A DNA stretch of 64,000 bases from Hormiphora californensis (lineage: Eukaryota; Animalia; Ctenophora): assembly GCA_020137815.1 (NCBI GenBank), contig CM035360.1:1488001-1552000 (forward strand), read 5' to 3'. This document shows, one piece after another, positions 1 through 26,665 of the stretch. The position numbers and the translations under genes were made by a program. Below the pieces are notes generated by a model, which did no database searches, had not been told where the DNA came from, and saw nothing but the letters and a program-made list of their open reading frames with translations. Position 1 is the stretch's first letter. Each line of letters begins with the position of its first letter.

Positions 1-339
1 GATTAGCTGAGTTTGCTTCAATGGCCCAGACTCCATCAAACTTGCTTCCGTCACCTGAAAGTAAATATATGCATATTGAATAAGAAGTCATCCGTGATAA
101 AAGCAGCGGTTACAATAGAATCAGAACAAACGTAGACGACAGACGACAAAGCAAAGCCTGCATTTATTTAACTTACCCTTTGATGATGTTGATAGTTTCC
201 AAGCGGCGCCAATAGCCTCGGTATTAGCAAAGGGGTCGGCGAAGAAAGCATCGCCACTTAAAGTGGGTAGGCTGAATGGTTCCTCATTCTGGGCAACGGT
301 TAGATAAACCACAAGAACAGCTACAAGACCCTGTAGCAT
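1..339 (-). CDS. CANX: Calnexin, first two coding exons (339-177, 54-<1); gene continues beyond the window
   Basis: Spliced translation MLQGLVAVLVVYLTVAQNEEPFSLPTLSGDAFFADPFANTEAIGAAWKLSTSSKG|DGSKFDGVWAIEANSAN: signal peptide plus calnexin N-terminal pattern (FADxF...W.LS...K[YF]DGxWxxE); phase-1 GT-AG intron 176-55. Confidence 0.8.
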
Positions 340-628
340 GTTGCCTTCCTATTGAGGAGGGTAAAGTTTAAACACAATTTAGCATAAGATTTCAGCACTT
401 TTCACAATAGAATACAATTATAACTTATATCCCGATTTTAGCCTATGCATTGTTAGTCCCTTGTTTTTACTAGGAGAACGCCGTTTCGATCGAAGCAACG
501 CCCCCACCACTAACAAGCCTTCTAAAGCGGCTGTATTTTACGTTTTTTTAAATCCTGTGCGACATAAAAGGGGTTTACGAGCCACAACGCGATACAGAGG
601 AGACGCGAAGGGAACAGGGAACAGTAGG

Positions 629-1172
629 GGGCGCGATTATAATCAGGGTGCCTTGCAGCCTGTTTACAGGTGCGCGCTGCCAAAAGAGTATACTTAGACC
701 GACTTTTTTCAAACGGCTATAGCCATGGAACCACATGGCCGATTTGTGTAAACTAACCAGTATCAGTTAGAGAATCGATAGCCCTAACCGGTAAGGGCGC
801 GATTATAATCTGGGTGCCTTGCAGCCTGTTTACAGGTGCGCGCTACCAAAAGAGTATACTTAGACCGACTTTTTTCAAACGGCTATAGCCATGGAACCAT
901 ATGGCCGATTTGAGTAAACTAAACGGTATCAGTTAGAGAATCGATAGCCCTAACCGATAACCCCAAACCAAACCCTAACCAGACCCTAACGGATAGCCCT
1001 AACCCGTCGCGCGCGCCAAAACTACGAATTGTTAGCAATGAAAGGCACCCAGATTTTAACGTTTTCCAACCGGTAACCCCAAACCAAACCCTAACGGATA
1101 GCCCTAACCCGTCGCGCGCGCCAAAACTACGAATTGTAAGCAATGAAAGGCACCCAGATTTTAACGTTTTCC
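629..1172 (-). mobile_element. ~273-bp MITE (GG termini, 9-bp TSD; Merlin- or MULE-like) containing a second copy of itself at 795-1067
   Basis: Outer TSD aacagtagg (620-628/1173-1181); inner TSD aaccggtaa (786-794/1068-1076). Imperfect 24-bp TIR ggaaaacgttaaaatctgggtgcc / gggcgcgattataatctgggtgcc. Same family at 57410 and 58748. Confidence 0.85.
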
Positions 1173-2145
1173 AACAGTAGGAGACAACGGTGAGTGCGCC
1201 AAGCGGTTTGGCAAACGCCGCTGGCCCCGCGGGATAAGGCAGCACTTTTCAACCTGTTGTTTTGGACAAAAGTTGGCATACGTTGCAGGCCCCTTATAAT
1301 ATAATATAAGGGGCCTGGAGGGAATACCGCGCTGGGGGGGAATACATAATCAATCATATCTCCGGTTCCAGATAAGGTACAGAAATCGTTTTGGTAGCGT
1401 TGGAAAGAGGAAGATAACAGCTTTCAAATGCAACCGGTTTCAGGTCTCTATCTTATCAGGAACAGGAGATATGAACCAAACTCCGCAAAATCGAGTGCGG
1501 TAAAATAAAAAATTTCGAGATTTTAATTCAAATTTGAAACAAAGTGTCCCTGCAGGGACCTGTGACGTCACTTTTTGAAAACAACCAATCTTTGAACGGC
1601 TATTGCTCAGCCTCCTCAAGTCCAATTAACTTCTCTCAAAAACAGCAAGGTAGATAATTGTCAGATCTAACAGCTAGTGAAAGAATCAAGCAAAACGGAC
1701 TTCAGGGGCCAAAGTTATAAGCACCGCCGTTTTTTCGACCGCAAAGTTATTTTCGACCCAGCCGGGCTCAGGCCAAACGCGCTCGCGGCATTCCCTCCAG
1801 TCCCCTCGTTGCGGGGGTGCGCGCATGAGGGGGCTGCAGCGCATTCCAAGGACAAAAGAAAGTCCGTAGAAATAGAAACGCGGACGAAACATGCAGATTT
1901 CCAGTAGCTTGAAGCGATTTTTTTTCTTTTTTTTTAAATTCACTAACCCCAACACCGATTGGCATCACTTTCCAACAGCCGAAGAGAAGCTGCCGAAGAG
2001 AGAAAGGGGGTAACCGTATGAAGAGTTAATCGCGATGAGTCTCATTCACATTGGGTTCGATCATTTGCCCCCGGTGTTGGGGTTAGTAATAAATAAATCT
2101 TAAAATCACTCACTCAAATAAACAATAAATATTAAAAATAAAAAG

Positions 2146-2678
2146 TCAGTCAGTAAAATCACACATTGCAATGGGTGGTGGAGTCGTGAACTTTTTCCTC
2201 GTGCCCCTGAGTGAGACCAGAGTACTTCTGAGGAGACAGAATCGTATCCGCGTTCTCAGGAAATTAATCACTTCAGCATATTTATCCTTGTGTTTGGTAG
2301 AGATGCGTGAAGCGAGCTTTTTGATTAGTCGTTCTGCCTCTAGTCCGGAACCTCCGGAAGTAGCCATAACAAACGGGGTGAAAGCCCCTCTCTCCGATTC
2401 TCTGATTCTTTGTTGGTAATCCCGTTTCTTCCGACTTTCATTCATTTTGTACAGAGATTTTGGGTCTTTTCCTCTGTAACTGGGTGCAGTAGGATGAAAC
2501 ACTGCAACGTCCACGTGGGCCCCCTGTAGTCCTCTCCACAACCCAATGGCATACACGTCACTGCGAGCATCAGGTGCTGTATTGACACTTCGGGGGTAGT
2601 CATCTGGGTTAACTGGCTGCAACACTTTCTCAATTTCAACACCCTTGTATCCTGCATGGGTAATAATATCTGCAAGGG
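2146..2678 (-). mobile_element. 5'-truncated CRE-clade non-LTR retrotransposon fragment (restriction-like endonuclease domain)
   Basis: NTAPDARSDV..GLW....HVDVAVFHPTAPSY...KKRDY...GAFTPFVMATSGG...LRTRIRFCLLRS..LRG is typical of the CRE C-terminus. The ORF's ATG is supplied by the adjacent MITE TIR. Confidence 0.75.
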
Positions 2679-2681
2679 TAA

Positions 2682-3133
2682 AGTCCATTTTTATTCAACT
2701 GTTCACCCAAAATTGAAATTTCAGTGAAATTTAGAATTTTCGTGGCGCGCGCTACACGTTAACATGTGATAGACGCGCAAAACAATTCCGCGCACGACTT
2801 TGGGGGGTGAACAGTTGAAAAAAAATGGAGTAAAGTCCATTTTTATTCAACTGTTCACCCCTCAACTCGTGCGCGTGCGATATTTTAATTTACGCTGCGC
2901 GCGCTACACGTTAACGTGTGATAAACGCGCAAAACAATTCCGCGCACGACTTTGGGGGGTGAACAGTTGAAAAAAAATGGAGTAAAGTCCGATTTTTTGA
3001 AACTGTCACCCCCCTTTTCGTGCGCGGAATGTTTTTGCGCGTCACATCACATGTTAGCGTGTGGTGTGCGCGTCAAATTTGATAAATTTCACATGCGCGG
3101 TCATTTTGGGGTGACAGTTTCAAAAAATCCGAC
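2682..3133. mobile_element. Three head-to-tail ~150-bp MITEs (agtcc... TIRs; Kolobok-like)
   Basis: TIRs agtccatttttattcaactgttcaccc / gggtgaacagttgaaaaaaaatgga and agtccgattttttgaaactgtcaccc / gggtgacagtttcaaaaaatccgact. Relatives at 26463, 57289 and 59021, the last two with 4-bp TTAA and TTAT duplications. Confidence 0.7.
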
Positions 3134-3343
3134 TTTATATATCTCTAATCTCGTTGTGTCGCAGGATAGTAAACCCGCTTGAAGCGATGCATTTGTTAGA
3201 TTTATTTGTATTCGGCGAATTATTATTAACTTACGATGCATTTTAGAGCGCGCGCTCAATATATTTGCTAAATTTCAACATTTTGAGCGCGGTTAGCACG
3301 CACGTTTAAAAAGAAAAAAGTGCAAAACCAATCGTGACGTCTC

Positions 3344-3468
3344 TTAAAGTCCGTTTCAAGCGACTTGACCCGTAATTCTTGGAATTCGGCGCATTGCGCG
3401 TGTATTTATAAAGGGGAAATCCTGAATTTCCAAGAATCTCAGGTCAAGTCGTTTGAAACGCACTTTAA
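3344..3468. mobile_element. Small TTAA-flanked MITE (Kolobok-like)
   Basis: ttaa-agtccgtttcaagcgacttgacc...ggtcaagtcgtttgaaacgcact-ttaa inverted repeat. Confidence 0.6.
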
Positions 3469-4066
3469 CAAGCCGCCTGCATGTGTTTTAGACTGTCACA
3501 AGGGCACTGGAGTGTAGTCCAAGTTATTTGTAAATGTGTGCTTTAGAGACAGCAGCAAGAAGCCATCATTATCTAGGCCCCACTCAGCTCGAACCGCCCG
3601 CAGGCCGCAGCCCTATTCTGGCCACTCCAAAGTCACTTCCCCTTTTAGGGTAGCTCACTACTTCAATCTTGAGTTAGTTTATGTTGGTTCAGAGGTTCCT
3701 ACCGGCACCTAGATACTTGTCATTAGCTCAAGTGACAAGTCGTAGGCTGTAGGATTAAGTCGTAGGGTCGAACCGTTTGAAAAATGAATTTAAAATGCAC
3801 TTAATTACATATATGAATTATGAAATATGCTTTTAACTTTTTCCGAGCGCTAATCGGCTCTCTGTGTTTTTATCTCTATTGTTTGTGGATTTTAAGTCAT
3901 TGGCTGTAGACAGGGGATAGTGGATACCCCGAGTGTGTCTCTATACAGCTACGGTGCTTCCGATTGGCGTGGGCGCCAAAAAGTGCGTCCTACTAGATCT
4001 TCCATACTACCACCCTTTAGTATATATGGAGGCTTAGCTATGGAGGCTTAGCTATGGAGGCTTAGC

Positions 4067-4386
4067 TATGGAGGCCCGAAAAACGTGTTGCGACGCGCAC
4101 AGACATGCCGTAAGTCAAATAAAAAAGGTTCGGGAACTTTTGTAGACAAAAATTTTTTCAGCTTTTTCAGCGGGTGGACTGTAAATTCAAAACTCGGTGC
4201 GCGTCGCACACTTAATTTTGATCACAGACATGCCGTAAGTCAAATAAAAAGGTTAGGGAACTTTCGCAGACAAAATTTTTTTCAATTTTTTGAGCGGTTT
4301 GACTGAAATTTTTAAACTCGGTGCGCGTCGCACACTAAATTTCGCGCCGCAGGGTGCGCGTCGGAACACGTTTTCGGGCCTCCATA
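4067..4386. mobile_element. MITE with internal direct repeats
   Basis: TIR tatggaggcccgaaaaacgtgttgcgacgcgcac / gtgcgcgtcggaacacgttttcgggcctccata; ~120-bp internal duplication; left terminus reiterated as (tatggaggcttagc)x3. Confidence 0.65.
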
Positions 4387-4832
4387 TGGCTACTTACTAC
4401 GTAACTAACACGGCTCTTCTTGAATGGCTGTCTGTTTTGTCCCACAAAGCATGAATGTAGTGTCAATCAAGCACCGATATTTTTGAATTTTGCCCTATGT
4501 AACTTGGATCAATTCAATTCAATTAATTTGCGTAAAATACACAGGATATTTAAAATAATAAACCTCCTCATTGCTTCTAACACACCAGCTCAGCAACAAA
4601 CAAAATCAATATTGATGAGTCTAAAGTTCATAAACATTACAAATTCTTCATTTTTTAATTCTTGTTTTTAATCGTCAATTGACTGTCCGCATTAAACGCT
4701 GACAGTTTCTGACTGTTGGCTTTCGCTGAGCTAAAACTTTGTGTTCAAAACTAAATTATGCATGTTTTATGTAACTCGATTAACCACTGACCACCATTGT
4801 AGGGGTGTGCACAATGTAAAGGAGGCAACAGA

Positions 4833-19570
<14,738 letters not shown>

Positions 19571-20186
19571 ACTCTCCCCTCTCTCTGATACCTATCTGAT
19601 AAGAGTTTGAGCGAGAGAGAGAGAGAGAGATAGTGCCACCCTGTTTTTGGTTGTTTTTATACACTGAGAGATGTATTCCGCCCGATAGAGATCTGTATAT
19701 TGTTATATATCCCTAGCCAGGAGGAAATTTGTAAGCTGCTGATCGTCCCAAAATTAACATAACCCTTATTAGACCAAGAATTTCAATGTCGACAATAATA
19801 TGTCCATAATTTTGTTACGAATCGCTTTTTTTAAAGTTCCAATGAAGTGAATGGAAACAGTTGACAAATTTCCAAATTGCAATAAACCGGGAAAATGTTA
19901 TTTTTGGGACGACGTTCAGCAATTTCTGATTGTATGTATTTGGATAGATCACCCATGATCACCAACTGTGCTGCACTCGATTTTGCTATTCTACCGCAGC
20001 CGAATATATTGTATAATCATATATTTGGAGGTTTTTTGTGTGTGAAGAATTTTAACGGGAGCAATGGTGTCGCTGTTCTTGTGGCTACTCTTTTCTAAGC
20101 AACCAACATATATTTGTATCTGCTCATACTGCTTGAGTTTTAGCTCAGCCTCCAACGAGAGGAAGTTTTAGTACGACCCTATATAT

Positions 20187-20295
20187 CAGGAACCGACCGA
20201 ATCAGGAAATACTGGCCCCTGATTGGCTGATAACCAGTCACGTGACCTAAACAACGAGTTCTGATTGGTTGTTTACTTGTGTCGGTCGGTTCCTG
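20187..20295 (+). mobile_element. 109-bp hAT-like MITE copy
   Basis: TIR caggaaccgaccga / tcggtcggttcctg; no TSD visible at this copy. Confidence 0.85.
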
Positions 20296-20917
20296 TAAAT
20301 TATAGTAAGGGCCACTAGCGTGGTACACACTTGATTTTGCTCCGTGCGAATCTTAGAATAACAGGTGCACGCAGATCGAAAGCGAGTGTGTAAATTACAC
20401 GCTAATGTCCCCTACTACAATTGTATACAAGTACACTATAATATATTCAACTGTGTACAAACTTTTTATGGTCTCGAATAATGTATTTGAATCTAAATCG
20501 CCCTACCGAGAGCTTATGTATATTCGTACCTATCCAATGTTTTATCGGGGTAGGAGCCGTGAGATTCTTTTCTTTTTTCTGTAATGGGAAGTTGTGAGTG
20601 TTTTAAATCAAAGGGGAACTATATTTAGGCACAATTCCACGTGCAATTTGTGTGTCTGTTGTGTTTGTTTGTTTGTTCATTTAGATCTTGTTTAAAGAAC
20701 AGAGATATATATTCGTTTACAACTCTCTTACCAAAATACAATCTGTGTATTTTAGTATGTTTAGTATTTGTTAGTGTTTTCCAGCGAGAGAGAGTGTGAA
20801 AGATATTTTTCATCCTGATACGTGTTTATCTGGTCCTCAATAAATTTAACTCGGATTATTGCTACGCTAAGTTAGGATTATGAAGTCCAAAGCACTGTGA
20901 GCATCCTTAGAGAATAC

Positions 20918-21000
20918 TGTCTGGCGGCGCCAGACACCAATTTGATTCTCAAATGCGACAGTGCACTCAGGTCTCAGATGGGGTCGGCGGCGCCAGACAG
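20918..21000. mobile_element. Short dispersed inverted-repeat element (degenerate copies near 38640, 42434, 43035, 46005)
   Basis: ctgtctggcggcgcc...ggcggcgccagacag termini with a shared gcgacagtgc(a/g)ctcag core. Confidence 0.55.
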
Positions 21001-21483
21001 TGAGAATATATAATGGTCAGATGATATAAGAGCTTTAAAGAATCTATAAGTTTCATTCGCCCGCTCTGTGCTCAGAAGTTTGTTGGCACCCACACGCCAT
21101 AGCTAGGGTGAACTAGAATCTGTGACCATGAGCACCATCTGTCGCCATGGCGACCGATTTTGTCGTCTAACATATATTATATCTGCTGCAATAACAAACT
21201 AGTTGATTATCTGTGCTTGTATAGTAATAAGTGTTTTAGTCCGTGTTATTTGTACTGTCTAATTAGTGATATTTTATCGAGCCGCACGTGTTTGTCTGTG
21301 TCCGTTTTATGCCCATATATGGTGTTGTGTGTCACGTGATGCTTATGTATGGTGTCACGTGATACCCATATATGGTGTTGTGTCTATATGTCCGTTACCG
21401 GGGAGATGGTTACATATATCACAGATCTCTCGTTCTGTAGCAGTGTATCTGTGTTTTTGATTTCAACTCAATATAAATCTTTG

Positions 21484-21848
21484 ATGTTAACTCTGTCAAT
21501 GTTAACTCTGTCAATGTTAACTCTGTCAATGTTAACTATCTTGTTAACTCTGTCAATGTTAACTATCTTGTTAACTCTGTCAATGTTAACTCTGTTATGT
21601 TAACTCTGTCAATGTTAACTATCTTGTTAACTCTGTCAATGTTAACTCTGTCAATGTTAACTCTGTCAATGTTAACTCTGTCAATGTTAACTCTGTCAAT
21701 GTTAACTCTGTCAATGTTAACTCTGTCAATGTTAACTCTGTCAATGTTAACTATCTTGTTAACTCTGTCAATGTTAACTCTGTCAATGTTAACTCTGTCA
21801 TGTTAACTCGATCTTGTTAACTGTCTTGTTAACTCTGTCATGTTAACT
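21484..21848. repeat. 15-bp minisatellite
   Basis: Tandem atgttaactctgtca with a 12-bp variant. Confidence 0.95.
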
Positions 21849-22865
21849 TTCGATGTAATATATTACTGTTGCTGGATGCGAGACCGGTGAATATGTAACC
21901 TTGACCCGTGTCCCTTTTTCACATTATAACGCATGTACAGCTTCGAGATTCCCTGGCTATTTTTGATATATTTTTGGGAACACGAGAAATAAGATATACA
22001 ACATACAATGGTTCTAGGTTGAAAATTATTAACATGAACAAAATAAGTGATCATGAGGATAGCACTTATGATACTTGTCAAACATATTTGCCAACAATAT
22101 CATGTGATAATATTTCGTCGTTGTTCTGTCACCTATTTGAAATGAAAAAACCAATGTCTTCTTCGTTCGGTGTTGTTACGTGAATATAATATGTCCTTAT
22201 ATGGTCATGTCCATATATGGTGTCTGTGTGTGAGAAATATAGCTGCTGCTATAGTACTTGTTGTGAATGTTTTCTGTGGTGTATATTCTTTGGTAAAAAC
22301 CATAGAACGATCTATATTTGCAACTTTCATCATCATATCCCCCACAGATATAAAACACCGAAAACACTCACAATATCTGCAAATTTAGTTCAACGTTTCT
22401 AGTGCTACTGCAATATCCTTCAAGAAAGCTAGAGAATATCTATGGAAATTATATATAATTATATTTGGATATACTGCATTTTCGTGTCTGTGTGTTTTGA
22501 ATTTTTGTATATTTGTTTACATATAATAATAATACCACGAGGCAAAATGATAGAAAGATCTTTAGAGGATATTATATTTAAATTTGCCTTCGGTGATATA
22601 TTGTTATAGCTAGAATAAAGATATTCAAAATATATATTAAATATGATTACAACTAGTTTCGGTATTAGTGTTTTAAAACTGAGAGAGAGAGAAAGCGATC
22701 ATCTTTTTTGGAACAAGGGAGCTGACAATAACATCTGAATTTCTGATCTTGTTAGCATCTTGATGTCATCACTGTCAGAGCATTGTCCTGACCTTATTCT
22801 CATCGCGAGAACAGCGCGGTCAGTGCATTGGCAACTGCAACAGTACCACATCATGAAGCTGATAT

Positions 22866-22974
22866 CAGGAACCGACCGAATCAGGAAATACTGGTCCCCG
22901 ATTGGCTGATAACCAGTCACGTGATCTAAATAGCGAGCTCTGATAGGTTGTTTACTTGGTTCGGTCGGTTCCTG
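22866..22974 (+). mobile_element. 109-bp hAT-like MITE
   Basis: CAG...CTG 14-bp TIR and perfect 8-bp TSD gctgatat. Confidence 0.9.
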
Positions 22975-24366
22975 GCTGATATGAAATGGAACATTATAGT
23001 TACTGAGCAGTGATGTGAACCGCCACACTGAGTCCATTTGTGAGCTTTAGAATGTTATTTTTCTAGTTTGCACCCTTCTTTCTCTAAGGTCGGGTGCAAC
23101 CTAGATAAACTCACATAATTGCTCCTTGGGTCCCATATTGAAGTTATTTTCCCAGCTCCTCTCTCGGTAAGTGCAATGGTTGATCCGCACCCGACCTTTG
23201 TCTACTGCTGAGAGGGAGGGAAATCATATATCCCTATGTCTGTCACATCGTAACGCAGTTTTCCTGCTCGCAGAATCCTAACCCTCACTTCACTCGGATT
23301 CGAGTTGTGCGAGTGTTAGTCTTCTGTGAGCTGCGATAAATAATGTTCTACTTTAGATGAAGCTACTACTTGATTCGAGTTGCAAGTGTCTACTAAATAC
23401 AGAGGGAGGGAGAAAGAGAGAGGTATCATAATTTGTGGTTTTAGTCATGTGTTCACATATAATGAGCGATTGGTACCTGAAATCCAGCATTCTAACATGA
23501 AAAACGTGGCATTTCACATTCGATTGTTATCGTGTAACCTAACATATATGAAACTTCTATAATAACCTGGAAGAGACGTGGAATACTTGGATGTTTTAGC
23601 GCTATAATAGTACTTGAAGTTATTATTTTGTGTGAAATGTTAACTAATTAATAACGTGTAATTTCCATAAGTTCAAGTCTTGGTGTCAGGTCACGTGTTC
23701 TTCTCCCTTCCCAGTTGGTCGTCACCTGTCCTGTAACAGTGTGAGAGCTGGAGAATCTGTTCTCCCTCACATTATTACAGGGCAGGCAACTGGGAATGGA
23801 ACGGGAAGGCAGTCGTCCTGTTCACAAAGCCTGGCTATACTTTCACTGTCACACCTTGAACACTGTTTTTCTCTACCTCACGTGCTTGACTTGCTAATTA
23901 ATTAATTAATTAATTAATTAATTAATTAATTTTGGGTGCCTGTTTCTGACCAAGATATCGAACCATGGTTCAGTCACCTAATAGCAATACATGACGGCGC
24001 TACCACAGAGATAAACAGTTGTTCAAGGCACAATCCTGTAATCGCGGTATATTCCCCAATTCTTTCAGATATTTCTGGGTCTTGCCTGTCCTACGGCATG
24101 AGCAATGCAAGGTCCAGATATCTGATAGATTTTAAGTGGTTCTCACCGCAGCTTATATGGATGGTGCACTGAGATCCTTCTCTCTTGAAGAAGAAGGAGA
24201 GTCGTTCTGTGGGTGATATATATGTGAAAGTTTAGCCCATGTCACAATTTCTGTAACACAGTTTCATATCCCTGCAACATGCCACATGTACTATTACAAG
24301 TGTACTATCTGTACCCAATGCAGTCATGTGTACAACATGTTTTAGTACCACTATCTCCCTTCTTGA

Positions 24367-24475
24367 CAGGAACCGACCGAATCAGGAAATACTGGTCCCT
24401 GATTGGCTGATAACGAGTCACGTGACCTAAATAACGAGTTCTGATCGGTTGTTTACTTGTGTCGGTCGGTTCCTG
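24367..24475 (+). mobile_element. 109-bp hAT-like MITE copy
   Basis: Same TIRs and core as 22866-22974. Confidence 0.85.
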
Positions 24476-25090
24476 CTGCTTGCCATCTTGTATACTCCTC
24501 CCAAGGGGTATGATAGGACTGGCAAGTGCAGCTGAGAGCGGGAGATTGTGTTTTGTCATGTTGTGGGGAAGATCTGTCGTTACAATTTGTGTCATGTGAG
24601 TATATGGTATATTACACGTGTTTTGAGGGTGTCATATATATGGGCAATTTAATAATTGACACCCTCGCTTTCTGTTCAACTTTTCACATAATTTAGTAAC
24701 TTTAGTATTGCGAGCTAGTAAGCGTTTCTATTCCAATTACAATATATTGCTATAATTTGTTACAATTAGATGAATGTGTTATCACTAAGTTACCTCTCTA
24801 TCTCCAGCTCCCCTACTGCACATGCTAACTAACGTTCTCTCTCCGTGTATATTATTACCCCGTCCATCTAGCTGATCTATATATCTGCAATGTGTGTAAT
24901 ATGTGTGTGGTGTATTTAGAACTACTTGAGCAGCTTAACCAACGTGTTTCAATTTGTACTTGGTGGTGGAAATGGTGGAGATGACGGTGGTGTTAGTAAC
25001 AGTAATACTGTGTGGTGCACGGTTGACTGTGGGAGGTTTGAAATTACCTCAAATGGCTTTAAGTGCCAACTTGATATGGTGGTGGAAATA

Positions 25091-26417
25091 GGCCAGTCAT
25101 ATGATGTCGAAAGTAGATCAAAAATCGGCGTTCAAGTTGTAAATCTAATTCCACTTCTATGGCACTCTAATAGGTCCCTAGAACCACCAAAAAAATTCAC
25201 CGCACTCTACGCGGTGGAGAACTTGACTTAATTGGGCCTAATTGGTTACAGGGTACTTTCAGCCTGAAGCCAACACCGTAAGTGCCCTTAGAGTAGGAGT
25301 AGAGAAAAAAACAAGGGCACTAAAGTGATCAGCGCCCTCACATTAGTGGGGGTAGGTGCTGGAATTAAGTCTCTATCTCATCCCGTTAATTAGATAATTG
25401 GATAATTAGATGCGCACATAGCCGTTTTATGGTTGTACGGTAAAAACCATCTTAGGAAACGAGTAGAGAAAAAACCAAGGGCACTAAAGTGTTCAGCGAC
25501 CTCACATTAGTGGGGGTAGGTGCTGGAATTAAGTCTCTATCTCATCTGGATAATTAGATAATTGGTTAATTAGATGCGCACATAGACGTTTTTGGCCATA
25601 TGGCTATATCCACTTAGGAGAGGCGTAGAGACTTTTTACAGGCGCCATTTTGTAGGCAATGGCCAAGTTATGGGGGGTCTACGTCGGACTTTTAATCTCT
25701 ATCTCCAATCGTTTAGCCGTTATTAGGCTTTAAAGGTGCTCAAAATCGGGCTTTTTACCGTTTTTTGCTCATTTTGAGCGCCTTTAAAGCCTAATAACAG
25801 CTAAACGGTTAGAGATAGAGCTTAAAAGTCCAACGAAGACCCCCCATAACTTGGCCATTGCCTACAAAATGGCGCCTGTAAAAAGTCTCTACGCCTCTCC
25901 TAAGTGGATATAGCCATATGGCCAAAAACGTCTATGTGCGCATCTAATTAACCAATTATCTAATTATCCAGATGAGATAGAGACTTAATTCCAGCACCTA
26001 CCCCCACTAATGTGAGGTCGCTGAACACTTTAGTGCCCTTGGTTTTTTCTCTACTCGTTTCCTAAGATGGTTTTTACCGTATAACCATAAAACGGCTATG
26101 TGCGCATCTAATTATCCAATTATCTAATTAACGGGATGAGATAGAGACTTAATTCCAGCACCTACCCCCACTAATGTGAGGGCGCTGATCACTTTAGTGC
26201 CCTTGTTTTTTTCTCTACTCCTACTCTAAGGGCACTTACGGTGTTGGCTTCAGGCTGAAAGTACCCTGTAACCAATTAGGCCCAATTAAGTCAAGTTCTC
26301 CACCGCGTAGAGTGCGGTGAATTTTTTTGGTGGTTCTAGGGACCTATTAGAGTACCATAGAAGTGGAATTAGATTTACAACTTTTACGCCGAGAAAAAAA
26401 ACGTCATATGACCGGCC
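25091..26417. mobile_element. Fold-back non-autonomous DNA transposon, ~650-bp arms
   Basis: ta-ggccagtcatatga ... tcatatgaccggcc-ta; near-perfect inverted arms around ~25760; no ORF; superfamily uncertain. Confidence 0.85.
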
Positions 26418-26462
26418 TAAAAATGGAAAATGGAAATGGTGGTGGGGTTAAGTAGGGTGTAA

Positions 26463-26611
26463 AGTCCATTTTTATTCAACTGTTCACCCCTCAACTCGTG
26501 CGCGTGCGATATTTTAATTTACGCTGCGCGCGCTACACGTTAACATGTGATAAACGCGCAAAACAATTCCGTGCACGACTTTGGGGGGTGAACAGTTGAA
26601 AAAAAATGGAC
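26463..26611. mobile_element. ~150-bp MITE, same family as 2834-2982
   Basis: Near-identical sequence and TIRs. Confidence 0.85.
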
Positions 26612-26665
26612 ATTACGCATGCTCAGTTTGGGTGAGAGGCGCACCGCGCATTGGAATACATCATT

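Noticed and set aside
2146-2688. 180-aa ORF as a standalone domesticated nuclease gene
   Set aside because: The start codon comes from the neighbouring MITE TIR; it is better explained as a truncated CRE retrotransposon.
22699-24600. Possible minus-strand gene in the 20-25 kb region
   Set aside because: Exon-like patches contain stops in the frames I tried, and the listed ORFs run through the hAT MITE; no coherent model. A non-coding or fast-evolving gene cannot be excluded.
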